From Ylistrum balloti (Eukaryota): a DNA stretch of 64,000 nucleotides. The stretch spans positions 62,001 through 126,000 of the forward strand of contig NW_026781981.1 in assembly GCF_031769215.1 (NCBI RefSeq), in the 5' to 3' direction. Each line of letters begins with the position of its first letter. Within the stretch, counting starts at the first letter, position 1. The position numbers and the translations under genes were made by a program. This document shows, piece by piece, positions 14,861-26,500 of this stretch. The notes under the pieces were generated by a model, which was not told where the DNA came from, did no database searches, and worked only from the letters and a program-made list of their open reading frames with translations.

Positions 14861-15120
14861 AAGCAGAAGTTTGAATCGCTATTTTTTGTGAACATCTGAA
14901 GTTTTCTAGAAATTGCCAAATCACGCACCTTATCATATCTTCCTCAGCCAGACGGTGTGGTGGAACGTTGTAATCGGAAACTGCAACAGATGTAAGCGAT
15001 GTTCGTAGACATCGAAGCAACTGGGACGACCGTTTTCTGATGAAGACATTTCGTACATCGGCAATGCTAATTACAGTAAAGAAAGTAAATCTCCCATAGG
15101 TGTGATGATAGGTCAACCTT
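14861..15120 (+). pseudogene. Gypsy/Ty3 LTR-retrotransposon integrase relic
   Basis: Plus-strand translation KQKFESLFF..LEIAKSRTLSYLPQPDGVVERCNRKLQQM*AMFV, then after a frameshift HRSNWDD. This matches the integrase core QFES..KTRTTPYHPQSDGMVERFNRTL..ML..WDD, with stops and a frameshift. Confidence 0.8.
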
Positions 15121-15243
15121 CTGCAAATAATTGCTAAATCGTATATGTTGAGAGGATCTATGATACAATGCAAAGCGCCTTTGATTTTCACAAGAAGGTC
15201 ATCGAACCAGTTTTAGGAGGCAAAAGTTGCTACGTTGTTAATA

Positions 15244-15627
15244 TGTTACAGCTTACTGATCACTATATCCGTGCGTTTGTTTACATGGCGAGGTTAGACC
15301 GACCTTGCTAGATATCCGGTCAAGCACGAGGGAGCTGCCGGAGTAACAGTTGCCATGTAAATACGATGCACGCGCATATAATCCATTAGACTGTAGTCGG
15401 ACGCAGAGGCCGAGAGTAATTAAGACAAAGATATTAGATCGAGAGAGCGAGGCAAAGAGGAGAAATAAGGCGAATCAGATGGCAAGTGATACATTGATTC
15501 GGATCAAAACTAAGGAACAGGTCGTTTCAGATTGTATGTAAACAATAACAGTATCGATTATAAGTTATATTAAACTTAAACTTTGACTTAAAAATCACTG
15601 AGAAAGCGAGAGGAAATTCGCGTTACA
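15244..15627 (+). mobile_element. Putative LTR downstream of the integrase relic
   Basis: Bounded by TGTTAC..GTTACA, carries an ATTAAA signal near its 3' end and lies directly 3' of the integrase fragment. No second LTR or TSD was found. Confidence 0.35.
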
Positions 15628-17301
15628 CATATGACACACACACGGGAACATTCGATGTGGGTACTTATTATTTTGATAAGATCTCTATCCGATCCGGTTC
15701 CATTGTTGGCAATTATCGTGACAGGCTTCATAAGGGACTCCACTAGATCAATACATATATGCTATTGATTAGCATTTAAGCAAATAACATTATTATTCGT
15801 TCAGTAATATATGTTCAATACACGTGACATATGTCTAAATTCATAGAAACAAAGTTGTCAAAGTCTGCAAATGACATAGTTTCGTAGGTTAGTTGGATCT
15901 CGGACTGTCATCGCCTTCAGATGTCAACAACCGGAAGTTTGCAAGTGAACAATCCACATATGGAAAACTCCGACGTTTGACATCTGTCTAAACTCGCCCT
16001 CAGATATTGAAATGTGTTAAAGCTCTATGTTTTCATGAAGCCAAATCAATGCGAATTTCTTTAATCTGTCACGTACAATATACTGAAGTCCCGAAGGACC
16101 GCGATCTTTCATCAAATCCCAGCCGCTCATTGTCGAAACGAAAGCCACACGGCTTTGTTGAATTTCTACGAACCATCATCTCAGGACCAATGAGGATCAG
16201 CATCCTACAACCAGCCTATTAAACGTTCCCAAGATACCTCATACAAGATGGCTACCCTTTATTGCCCATCCTTTATCACACTTCTCCATGTCACACAGCA
16301 CTGTCACTACAAAGTTCCAATTTTCGAACTATGGGCAGTTAATGAAAACTGAATCACAATATAAACCCTACCTTACACTGTCACATGATATCCGTCTACT
16401 AATCATATTATAATGAATTTAACAGTGAATTACCCGTTTATCATTAAAGTCCATGAGTGATCAGGTACGTTTAGGGCAGAAATCATGTTTGTTTAGTAGG
16501 TAAGTAGAATGGTTCTCTACCTTTAGGACGTGACAAGGAATTCTCAACTTCGAGTGATGAGATTCTTCATTGCTTAACTCGAGGCTCATTCAAGGATTGG
16601 AAATTCAAGAATGTCACCTTGATTTTCTGTTGCCTAATTTATTCCAACTGCATGACCATCTTTGCCTGTTTGTTAGCATGAATATCACTTGTTCATCCAC
16701 CTTTGAAATCTTCATAGCAATAGCATTACGCAAGAGAATGTAGGTATCATTTAATTCTTATCTACTTAATTAAACACTTTTATTGCCATTTGTATGATGT
16801 ATCATATATGTATATGTATATATGTAGGGTTAAGAAAATATCAAAGTATGTTTAACGAGTTAGATTTGTTTACCGTTACTTTATTAACTTCCGGTTCAGA
16901 AGATAAACACGTGCTATCTGTCTCACCTTGGGTATTGATAGAGAATTATTGTAGCGGTGAATCAGTGAATGGTTGGAAATCAGGAACATTTCAGTGACAT
17001 ATCTAAATAATATTGATATGTTTATAATGCATTAACTTCCGATGCATACTTGCTATCTTACCTATTTCTTAACCTGGTAAGTTTGCATTGACCTTGATAT
17101 TAAAGGCTATTGACTAGTGAAGGAATTATGGGTACATGTCGGAGCGTACTGGCGAGTCTGAGATTACGGGTACCTGTCGATATGTACACGTGTATGGGGT
17201 GAGAGATAACACACATTGTACCAACAGTGATTAAAGTACCTACGTCAGGGGGTCACAGAAACGATACAAAGAGGCCCGATACCAACCCCGACAACAATCT
17301 C

Positions 17302-17338
17302 GTTGGTAGGCAAATTACGACTCGGTTGCTAAATGAGC
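17302..17338 (+). promoter_or_regulatory. X-box (RFX)-like elements upstream of RSPH4/6
   Basis: GTTGGTAGGCAAA (17302-17314) and the half-site GTTGCTA (17325) are imperfect matches to GTNRCC-N0-3-RGYAAC. They lie just upstream of a possible non-coding exon with donor GTAAGG at 17386. RFX control of motile-cilia genes is established. Confidence 0.3.
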
Positions 17339-17551
17339 AGTTGAAAATAGTTACTAAAGGACCATGATGTTTCACTCTCAAATAAGTAAGGTATATATAC
17401 ATCGTCTACATACGCCTCGGAATTATGAGGAAAAAACATCTATAATACAAGTTAACCTTGATTAGGACTGCCACGATATTAGATGAAGACATAAAGACAT
17501 CAGTGGTGTTGTCGGAATTTCGGTGTTTCTGCTGCTGTCGTTTTATTCAGA

Positions 17552-20500
17552 ATGAAAAATCCACCACCCCAAATCCGAGGGAGGAGGGACCTCCCATCAC
17601 GTGAAGAAGAAGCGAGCGAGCTAGGCGAGCATGTCTTTGAAGAAGAGGAAGAAAAAATAGTGCCTGTTTCTGAAGAGGAAAAAAGATTTATCAATGCGAA
17701 GATGTACCTGATGACGTCATCTACAGACACGGACAAGAATTTGTGAGTTTTCTGTTTGATTAACGCTAGTATTGTTTTGAATTTTGAAATATTATAGAAG
17801 AATATTTTTATGTAACTATAAAAAATAGTTTCAAAATCAAATTCACAGAATAAGATAATTACAACACAACCTCTTTGGATGTTTTAGAAACATGACGTCC
17901 TTCTTACCCGATGACAAATTTCTGGTTGTAGATATAACCACTTAAGCAGTATCCTAGGTGATATCTTGTATGACCAACCAGCTGATGCGTTTGAGGGTCT
18001 AGAAGAAAGGAGCGTAGACCGAAAGAGAGAGGCTCTCTCGTATGACTCCACAACTCTCCTTGACAAAACAGTGACGTCACAAGAACAATACCTCGCGCAT
18101 TCACAGTGGAGAATATTTCAGGTTAGTGAAATAGAGTTGAATGAAATCCGGAAGTACTACGAACATTGAATATTTTATCGTAAACAGGACATCCTTCCAT
18201 TACAGACATGACGACTGGACGACGTGAACCCTAACATGGTAGACCTGACCTCCGAAAGACACGCCTTTCATTGTAAATTTAATGAAAAGAGGTATGGCGC
18301 TTTACCATGACGAAGCACCTATTTCAGTTTATCAAAAAACGTGCATCCGATGTCAGTGTCAAGTTGTTAAATGTTGAACATATACGTTGTAAAAGTGTAC
18401 AAGAAATGACAGAAAAATTCTTGATTTCTGCTTAACACATGACTTATGGTGATCCTAAAGATACATTGAACATTGAGACTACATTCTACCATGTTGTAAA
18501 CGCTAAACAGTAGGATTCTATGTTACTAGAAATATCAGGTAACACATCTGCTGCATTCTTATCACTTGAGTTAATAGATCGGGGTTTTGGCCAGTAATCG
18601 ATGCAATGCATAAAAATATGAATAATAGAATTAAATGACACCAACTGCACTAGAATTGATTTACTAAAATGTGTTGAAAATGTCAGTAGTTGAGATCGAA
18701 CTTGTCACGCTATAGAAAAGCAACTTACGTGGAAATAACGTGTGCAGAGACTGACGCAGAAATCAATCAATATTTCAATGCAAATTTAAAAATGGAAAGC
18801 ATAAATACGTATCGTTTCTTATTTTTCAATTCTTATCACACTGGATAAGGTTCAGCTGCTATAAAGTTGGTACATGTCTGCGCTTTGTGTCCAAATAGCA
18901 TTAGAAGCCAGGGAAACCCCCATGTCTTAGTGTATATTGCTTAGGGAAGTAACTCTGATCATAAATACCGAAAATATTTTCTGAAAATTAACACTTGGAC
19001 ATAATTCATTGAAATTACCTTTTCGAATTCGCCTGAATAGAAAATTAATTTCTCTAATTTGTTGATGATCACATTTAGATTAAATCAAACACCATACCTC
19101 TTTGACTCAAGGACAACATAACTTTTCATGAGAAACTTGACCTCTTTTCGAAGGACGTTAATCTTTCGTTGTAAACTTGTTTTCCGGAGGTCGTGAACCT
19201 TTCGTTGTAAACTTGTTTTCCGGAGGTCGTGAACATTTCGTTGTAAACTTGTTTTCCGGAGGTCGTGAACATTTCGTTGTAAACTTGTTTTCCGGAGGTC
19301 GTGAACCTTTCGTTGTAAACTTGTTTTCCGGAGGTCGTGAACCTTTCGTTGTAAACTTGTTTTCCGGAGGTCGTGAACCTTTCGTTGTAAACTTGTTTTC
19401 CGGAGGCCGTGAACCTTTCGTTGTAAACTTGTTTTCCGGAGGCCGTGAACCTTTCGTTGTAAACTTGTTTTCCGAGGCCGTGAACCTTTCGTTGTAAACT
19501 TGTTTTCCGGAGGCCGTGAACCTTTCGTTGTAAATTTGTTTACCGCAGGTAATAAATCATTTCTTGTAAACTTTTCATTCGAAGGTCGTGAATCTTTCAT
19601 TGTGTAGTTTTCTCTGAATGGCGTGAATCCTCCACTGTAAACATGACACGACACATGATTAACCTTATCATAAAGATATCATTGAACTAATAAACAAACC
19701 GTATCTTATTTCGTATGTGAACAGAAAATTTTAAAAAAGAGTTTCTCGATTTTAGAAATCTATTTCAAGTAAGAGAAAGTCATGAACACCACACACAATT
19801 CCATTAAATTTTTGCTATGCGAGCCTTTGATTTTACCCTTCCTTGATCTCATTTGCAATGTCCGCAATGCTGTAATGTCACTTATCTTTATAGATAAACA
19901 CATGCAGCGTACACCTATCTGTTTCAGTAGGCTAACACTAATAGTACTAGGTATGATAAAAACGATGCATTGCTGGTATGGTTATGTTTTCAGAATGCTG
20001 GGGAAGACACAGAGGAGTACAAAAGGTCGTTCCGTACAGAACATGGTAAGATACCGAGGATTAAAGAAAGATCGTTCCGTACAGAACATGGTAAGATACC
20101 GAGGGTTCCATAACCGAGGATTATGAAAGATCGTTCCGTACAGAACATGGTAAGATACCGAGGATTGTAGAAAGTTCGTTCCGTACAGAACATGGTAAGA
20201 TACCGAGGATTATAGAAAGATCGTTCCGTACAGAACATGGTAAGATACCGAGGATTATAGAAAGATCGTTCCGTACAGAACATGGTAAGATACCGAGGAT
20301 TATAGAAAGTTCGTTCCGTACAGAACATGGTAAGATACCGAGGATTATAGAAAGATCGTTCCGTACAGAACATGGTAAGATACCGAAGATTATTGAAAGA
20401 TCGTTCCATACAGAACATGGTAAGATACCGAGGATTATTGAAAGATCGTTCCGTACAGAACATGGTAAGATACCGAGGATTATAGAAAGATCGTTCCGTA

Positions 20501-23500
20501 CAAAACATGGTAAGATACCGAGGATTATTGAAAGATCGTTCCGTACAGAACATGGTAAGATACCGAGGATTATAGAAAGATCGTTCCGTACAGAACATGG
20601 TAAGATACCGAGGATTATAGAAAGATCGTTCCGTACAGAACATGGTAAGATACCGAGGATTATAGAAAGTTCGTTCCGTACAGAACATGGTAAGATACCG
20701 AGGATTATAGAAAGATCGTTCCGTACAGAACATGGTAAGATACCGAGGAGGATTATGGTAAGATAAGATCGTTCCGTACAGAACAGAACATCGTTCCGTA
20801 CAGAACATGGTAAGATACCGAGGATTATTGAAAGATCGTTCCGTACAGAACATGGTAAGATACCGAGGATTATAGAAAGATCGTTCCGTACAAAACATGG
20901 TAAGATACCGAGGATTATAGAAAGATCGTTCCGTACAGAACATGGTAAGATACCGAGGATTATAGAAAGATCGTTCCGTACAGAACATGGTACAGAACAT
21001 GGTAAGATACCGAGGATTATAGAAAGTTCGTTCCGTACAGAACATGGTAAGATACCGAGGATTATAGAAAGATCGTTCCGTACAGAACATGGTAAGATAC
21101 CGAGGTGTTTAGAAGATCGTTCCGTACAGAACATGGTAAGATACCGAGGATTACATGGTAAGATAAGGATTATAGAATGATCGTTCCGTACAGAACATGG
21201 TAAGATACCGAGGATTATAGAAAGATCGTTCCGTACAGAACATGGTAAGATACCGAGGATTATAGAAAGATCGTTCCGTACAGAACATGGTAAGATACCG
21301 AGGATTATAGAAAGATCGTTCCGTACAGAACATGGTAAGATACCGAGGATTATAGAAAGATCGTACAGAACATGGTAAGATACCGAGGATTATAGAAAGA
21401 TCGTTCCGTACAGAACAAAGATCGAGGATTATAGAAAGATTCCGTACAGAACATGGTAAGATATCGTTCCGTACGAACATGGTAAGATACCGAGGATTAT
21501 AGAAAGATCGTTCCGTACAGAACATGGTAAGATACCGAGGTGTTTAGAAGATCGTTCCGTACAGAACATGGTAAGATACCGAGGTGTTTAGAAGATCGTT
21601 CCGTGCAGAACACGGTAAGATAACGAGGGGTAAAAAGATGAATTTGTAAAGAACACGGTAAGGTACCGACGAGTACAAAAGATAGATTTGTACAGTACAC
21701 GGTAAGATAACGAGGAGTATAAAACATATTTGTATAGAACATGGTAAAATACCGAAGGGTACAGAAGAGAGATCTGTACAGAACATGGTACGATACCGAG
21801 GAGTACAAAAGATCGACTTGTTTAGAATACGGTAAGATACCGAGGAGTACAAAAGATCGGCTTGTATAGAACACGGTAAGATACCGAGGAGTACAAAAGA
21901 TCGACTTGTATAGAACACGGTAAGATACCGAGGAATACAAAAAATAGATTTGTATAGAACAATGACAAAGACAATGCGGAATACATAAAATATCCTTGTA
22001 GGTAGAATTACAGTCGAACATGTCTTGAAGGCCATCTTTGGTTCCCTATGTAATGCAATTTATAGTAATTGAACCTCTATATAAAGGTCACCTGTGTATA
22101 AAGACTTTTCTCTGCTCTCTGTTGGCCTTTATTGACAGTTTTAACTCTACAGACGACCAGTGAATCCTAATTCAAATGCGAAAGCATGTCGTTGTGGCTG
22201 ATTAGTGATTAAACAGTCAGAAATACGTTTATAAAACCAAATGGGATCCCTTGGTGCCAATATGACGCTAGAGTGCTAGAGAACTATATGTTGCTTATCT
22301 TTCTAAATTATGTACTATTCAATCTCCTCTTGTTGACATTTCACACTATTCACCATGGAATATAAACAAAATATAGGGGAAGTAAATGGAATAACAGTTT
22401 ATTGAGCATTGTTTTTTTTTCTCTGTGTGTTACGGTCATCACTTTCGCCGTGAGTCCCCCAGGAGGCTGTCTAGGCGTCCATCTTACAGTAAATTGTGGT
22501 TTAAAGAGACATTAACTCTGTCTGGTCGTCATCAGATACCATGGTGATAGACAGTCGTTAAAACTCCCAGTGACAGTCTGTAAAATGATAGGTCATTTCT
22601 CCTTTTAGGTAAATACTTAATGAATTCAGAAATTAAAGATATAGCGTGAGAGGGTTTGAGGAGTGAGCATGGAGCAGGATCTCCCAGAATGCACAGCGGG
22701 CGTAAAGAGCCGCAATGACCATAGGAAATATTGCGTTGGCGAAGTATGTACGTGAAGAGTCTATAGGTTAAATTAGAAATATTTGTAAAAAATGGAATGA
22801 AGAAATGTGTAAAAGGAAAATAGAAATCAAGTTATAACGTGAGAGGTTTTAGGGAGTGAGCATGGCACTTGCTTTCCCAGAATGGAGCACTGACTCCCAA
22901 TTAGTCTATCTGTAAGACTAAAAACACAAACGCTTAATAGCATTGCAGTTCTTGAATTTTAACTAATGTTTTACGATGCGACGTGGTGATTTTCTGTGTG
23001 GGCTTGTTGTACTCCTGTGGTGAATATTTTCAACCTGATCCTAATCTGGTTGAACAATCACACTATATATCTACTTTAACTCCCTGACAACTATAACTTT
23101 GATTTCCACATGGATTTGTATCTGTGCCGAAGAGACATTGCGTCTTCAGTATCTGTATTTAAAGTACAGATATATCTTGATAAGTTGTCTTACAGTTTCT
23201 CAGTTTAATTACATTTACTCCACTTAATTAAGATCATCTATAATCAATTTTGTTTTATTAGTTTCCATTTGAACTGAATTCCCCGAATTGAAATTCCCAT
23301 CAGGCCCATATTTCTTTCTTTAATTATAAATCGTCAGGCGTGTAAACGGCATGTAAACGAGGTCTAAGTGAAATGAAAGTTACCTGATCTCCCGTTTATG
23401 ATATCGATTTATTGAGTTTTTGAGTTCGCACTCAAATATCAGCTTGAGTCGATCTCAAATACGTTTGTGATACTGAAGCCAGGAGAGAGAATGTGCTGTC

Positions 23501-26500
23501 TCCTCGTCACATTTGATGCTTTATTCGTAAACATACACGTATTTTTGTTTATCACTAAGATGTAAATTTGAGATAGCATACTTTGTCACTTCATAAGACT
23601 ATTTATGTGCCGCCTTAACTACTAATTTATATCTGAACTCAGTATGAAACTAACATATATTATCAACTCCATATCCATCTTCCCTTTCTCATAAATACTG
23701 AAACAGAGCTTATTAACTCGATATATTTCTTTCTTCATACAAAATCCATGTCCTTCCTATTTCTTACCTGTTCCCCGCAAACCTATAACTGTTTTAACTT
23801 ATTTGTTATTTTCATTTTTTTCAGTTGACCCATCTGAAAATGATAAATTTGCTGTTCTTCCTAACCTTTTACGACAAGCCTACTTCTTCGAGCAAGTCGG
23901 ATTCGGACTTCCGAGAGAGGAGATTGTTAGAGTGTCAATTGCCATGCGCGATATCGTGGAACAATGGCCGATAGAGAACGTCCGGTTCTGGGGAAAGATC
24001 TTCGGAATACACCAGAATTATTATGTAGTTGAGACCGATTTTCAAGAGGGGGATTATGAGAGCGATACTAGCGATCTAGGACTGGAAGACGACATAGACA
24101 TCCCAGATGAAGGAGTATGTATAACTGATATAAATATTTATTCACTTCATAACTCTATATGTACCGACCCGTCTTCATTGTGAACTCGAAGTGATGTTGT
24201 CAGTTTATCAAGGGACACACTTCATCGTTACTTACAGAATACTCTAGAATTCCACTTTTAAAATAGCATCTTTAACGCAAGATAACATCTCCGTTTGAAT
24301 ATTTTCTCATCTTTGCTTAAATTCTCGAAAAAACTGAAAACCCTCTCGTCAACCAATTATCTTCCCTGTAAAAGTCCAAATTCGTAATGCTTTCAATCGT
24401 AACCATACTGATTATACCTCTTTTCTTCCCTACAGACCTCAGACAGTTTGTTTGACGGTAAGTTGATGGCAGCCAATATATTGATAGGTTATATGAAGGT
24501 TAATCCTTCTTGAAACGCAAAAGCAAATGGGTTTGACGGCAATTAGACAGCAGACAATACGCTTACAATAAAATGTGACGTCAGACGGCCTGTTGAACAA
24601 AAAGTTAACACCAGACGGCTTTTTGAACTATACGATAACATCAGACGCCTGTTTGACAGTAAGATGACATCAGGCTGTCTCTCGAACAATAAGTCAACAT
24701 ATGTCGCACATTTAACAATACGCGTCAGACGATCTGTTGAACAATTAGGTGACATCTGAGAGTCTGTTGAACAATGATAAGACACCTGAGTGTCTGTTTC
24801 GCTATGATATGACACCTGAGTGTCTGTTAAGCTATGATATGACATATAAGTGTCTGTTAAACAATGATATGACATCTGAGTGTCTGTTGAACAATGGTAT
24901 GACATCTGAGTGTCTGTTGAACAATAAGATGGCGTTAGACAACATTTTGGACAATAAAATGACGTCAGACACCTTGTAGAAGAATATAATGGTGATAGCC
25001 TTAATGACGATTAGTTGACGAAAGACACCCAGGCTACTCCTATATAACAACTAGTCAGAACATTTCTGTATGACGTTTCTATGACCACATTTTCACCATT
25101 ATCAGAGTAGTGTGAAGCGTATCTGACCAGGCTTGAAATAAAACACAGCCTAATCGACTTACATGGGAAATTACATGGTCTAGTGTACGTTTTCACAGCA
25201 TTTCTTCATTTTGTCACACTAATTTTTCTTTAGTGTACATAAGATTATACTAAAGCTGTATTACCATCCCGTGAACATCAGTAATCCAATGCCCTTCATA
25301 TTCATATAAGTCCTGGTTGGTTGTAAAAAAGCCTGTTGGACACACCAGACAGTAAGATGACTACAGACAGCCTGTTGGACGGTGAAATTACTACAGACAG
25401 CCTGTAGGACGGTGAGATGACTACAGACAGACTGTAGGACGGTGAGATGACTACAGACAGCCTGTAGGACACACCAGACAGTAAGATGACTACAGACAGC
25501 CTGCAGGACACACCAGACAGTAAGATGACTACAGACAGCCTGTTGAACGGTGAAATTACTACAGACAGACTGTAGGACGGTGAGATGACTACAGACAGAC
25601 TGTAGGACACTGAGATGACTACAGACAGCCTGTAGGACGGTAAGATGACTACAGACAGCCTGTAGGACGGTAAGATGACTACAGACAGCCTGTAGGACGG
25701 TAAGATGACTACAGACAGCCTGTAGGACGGTAAGATGACTACAAACAGCCTGTAGGACGGTGAGATGACTACAGACAGCCTGTTTTATGGTAAGATGACT
25801 ACAGACAGCCTGTATGACAGTGAGATGACTACAAACAGCCTGTAGGACGGTGAGATGACTACAGACAGCCTGTAGGATGGTGAGATGACTACAGACAGCC
25901 TGTAGGACGGTAAGATGACTACAAACAGCCTGTAGGACGGTAAGATGTCTACAGACAGCCTGTAGGACGGTAAGATGACTACAGACAGCCTGTAGGACGG
26001 TAAGATGACTACAGACAGCCTGTAGGACGGTTAGATGACTACAGACAGCCTGTTGGATGGTGAGATGACTACAGACAGCCTGTAGGATGGTGAGATGACT
26101 ACAGACAGCCTGTAGGACTGTAAGATGACTACAGACCGCCTGTAGGACGGTAAGATGACTACGGACAACCTGTTGGATGGTGAGATGACTACAGACGGCC
26201 TGTAGGACGGTTAGATGACTACAGACAACCTGTTGGATGGTGAGATGACTACAGACAGCCTGTATGACAGTGAGATGACTACAAACAGCCTGTAGAACGG
26301 TGAGATGACTACAGACAGCCTGTAGGACGGTAAGATGACTACAGACTGCCTGTAGGACGGTGAGATGACTACGGACAACCTGTTGGATGGTGAGATGACT
26401 ACAGACAGCCTGTAGGACGGTAAGATGACTACAGACAGCCTGTAGGACGGTAAGATGACTACAGACAGCATGTAGGACGGTTAGATGACTACGGACAACC

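Noticed and set aside
14742-15191. 149-aa minus-strand ORF
   Set aside because: It is the antisense shadow of the plus-strand Gypsy integrase relic.
18188-18280. Candidate RSPH exon after acceptors at 18187 and 18205
   Set aside because: The required phase-0 frame hits TGA immediately; exon 19994-20045 satisfies the phases instead.
19990-21525. Long minus-strand ORFs (366, 337 and 124 aa; [15 protein letters not shown] and [15 protein letters not shown] repeats)
   Set aside because: They are translations of the 45-bp minisatellite, open in several frames, antisense inside an RSPH intron.
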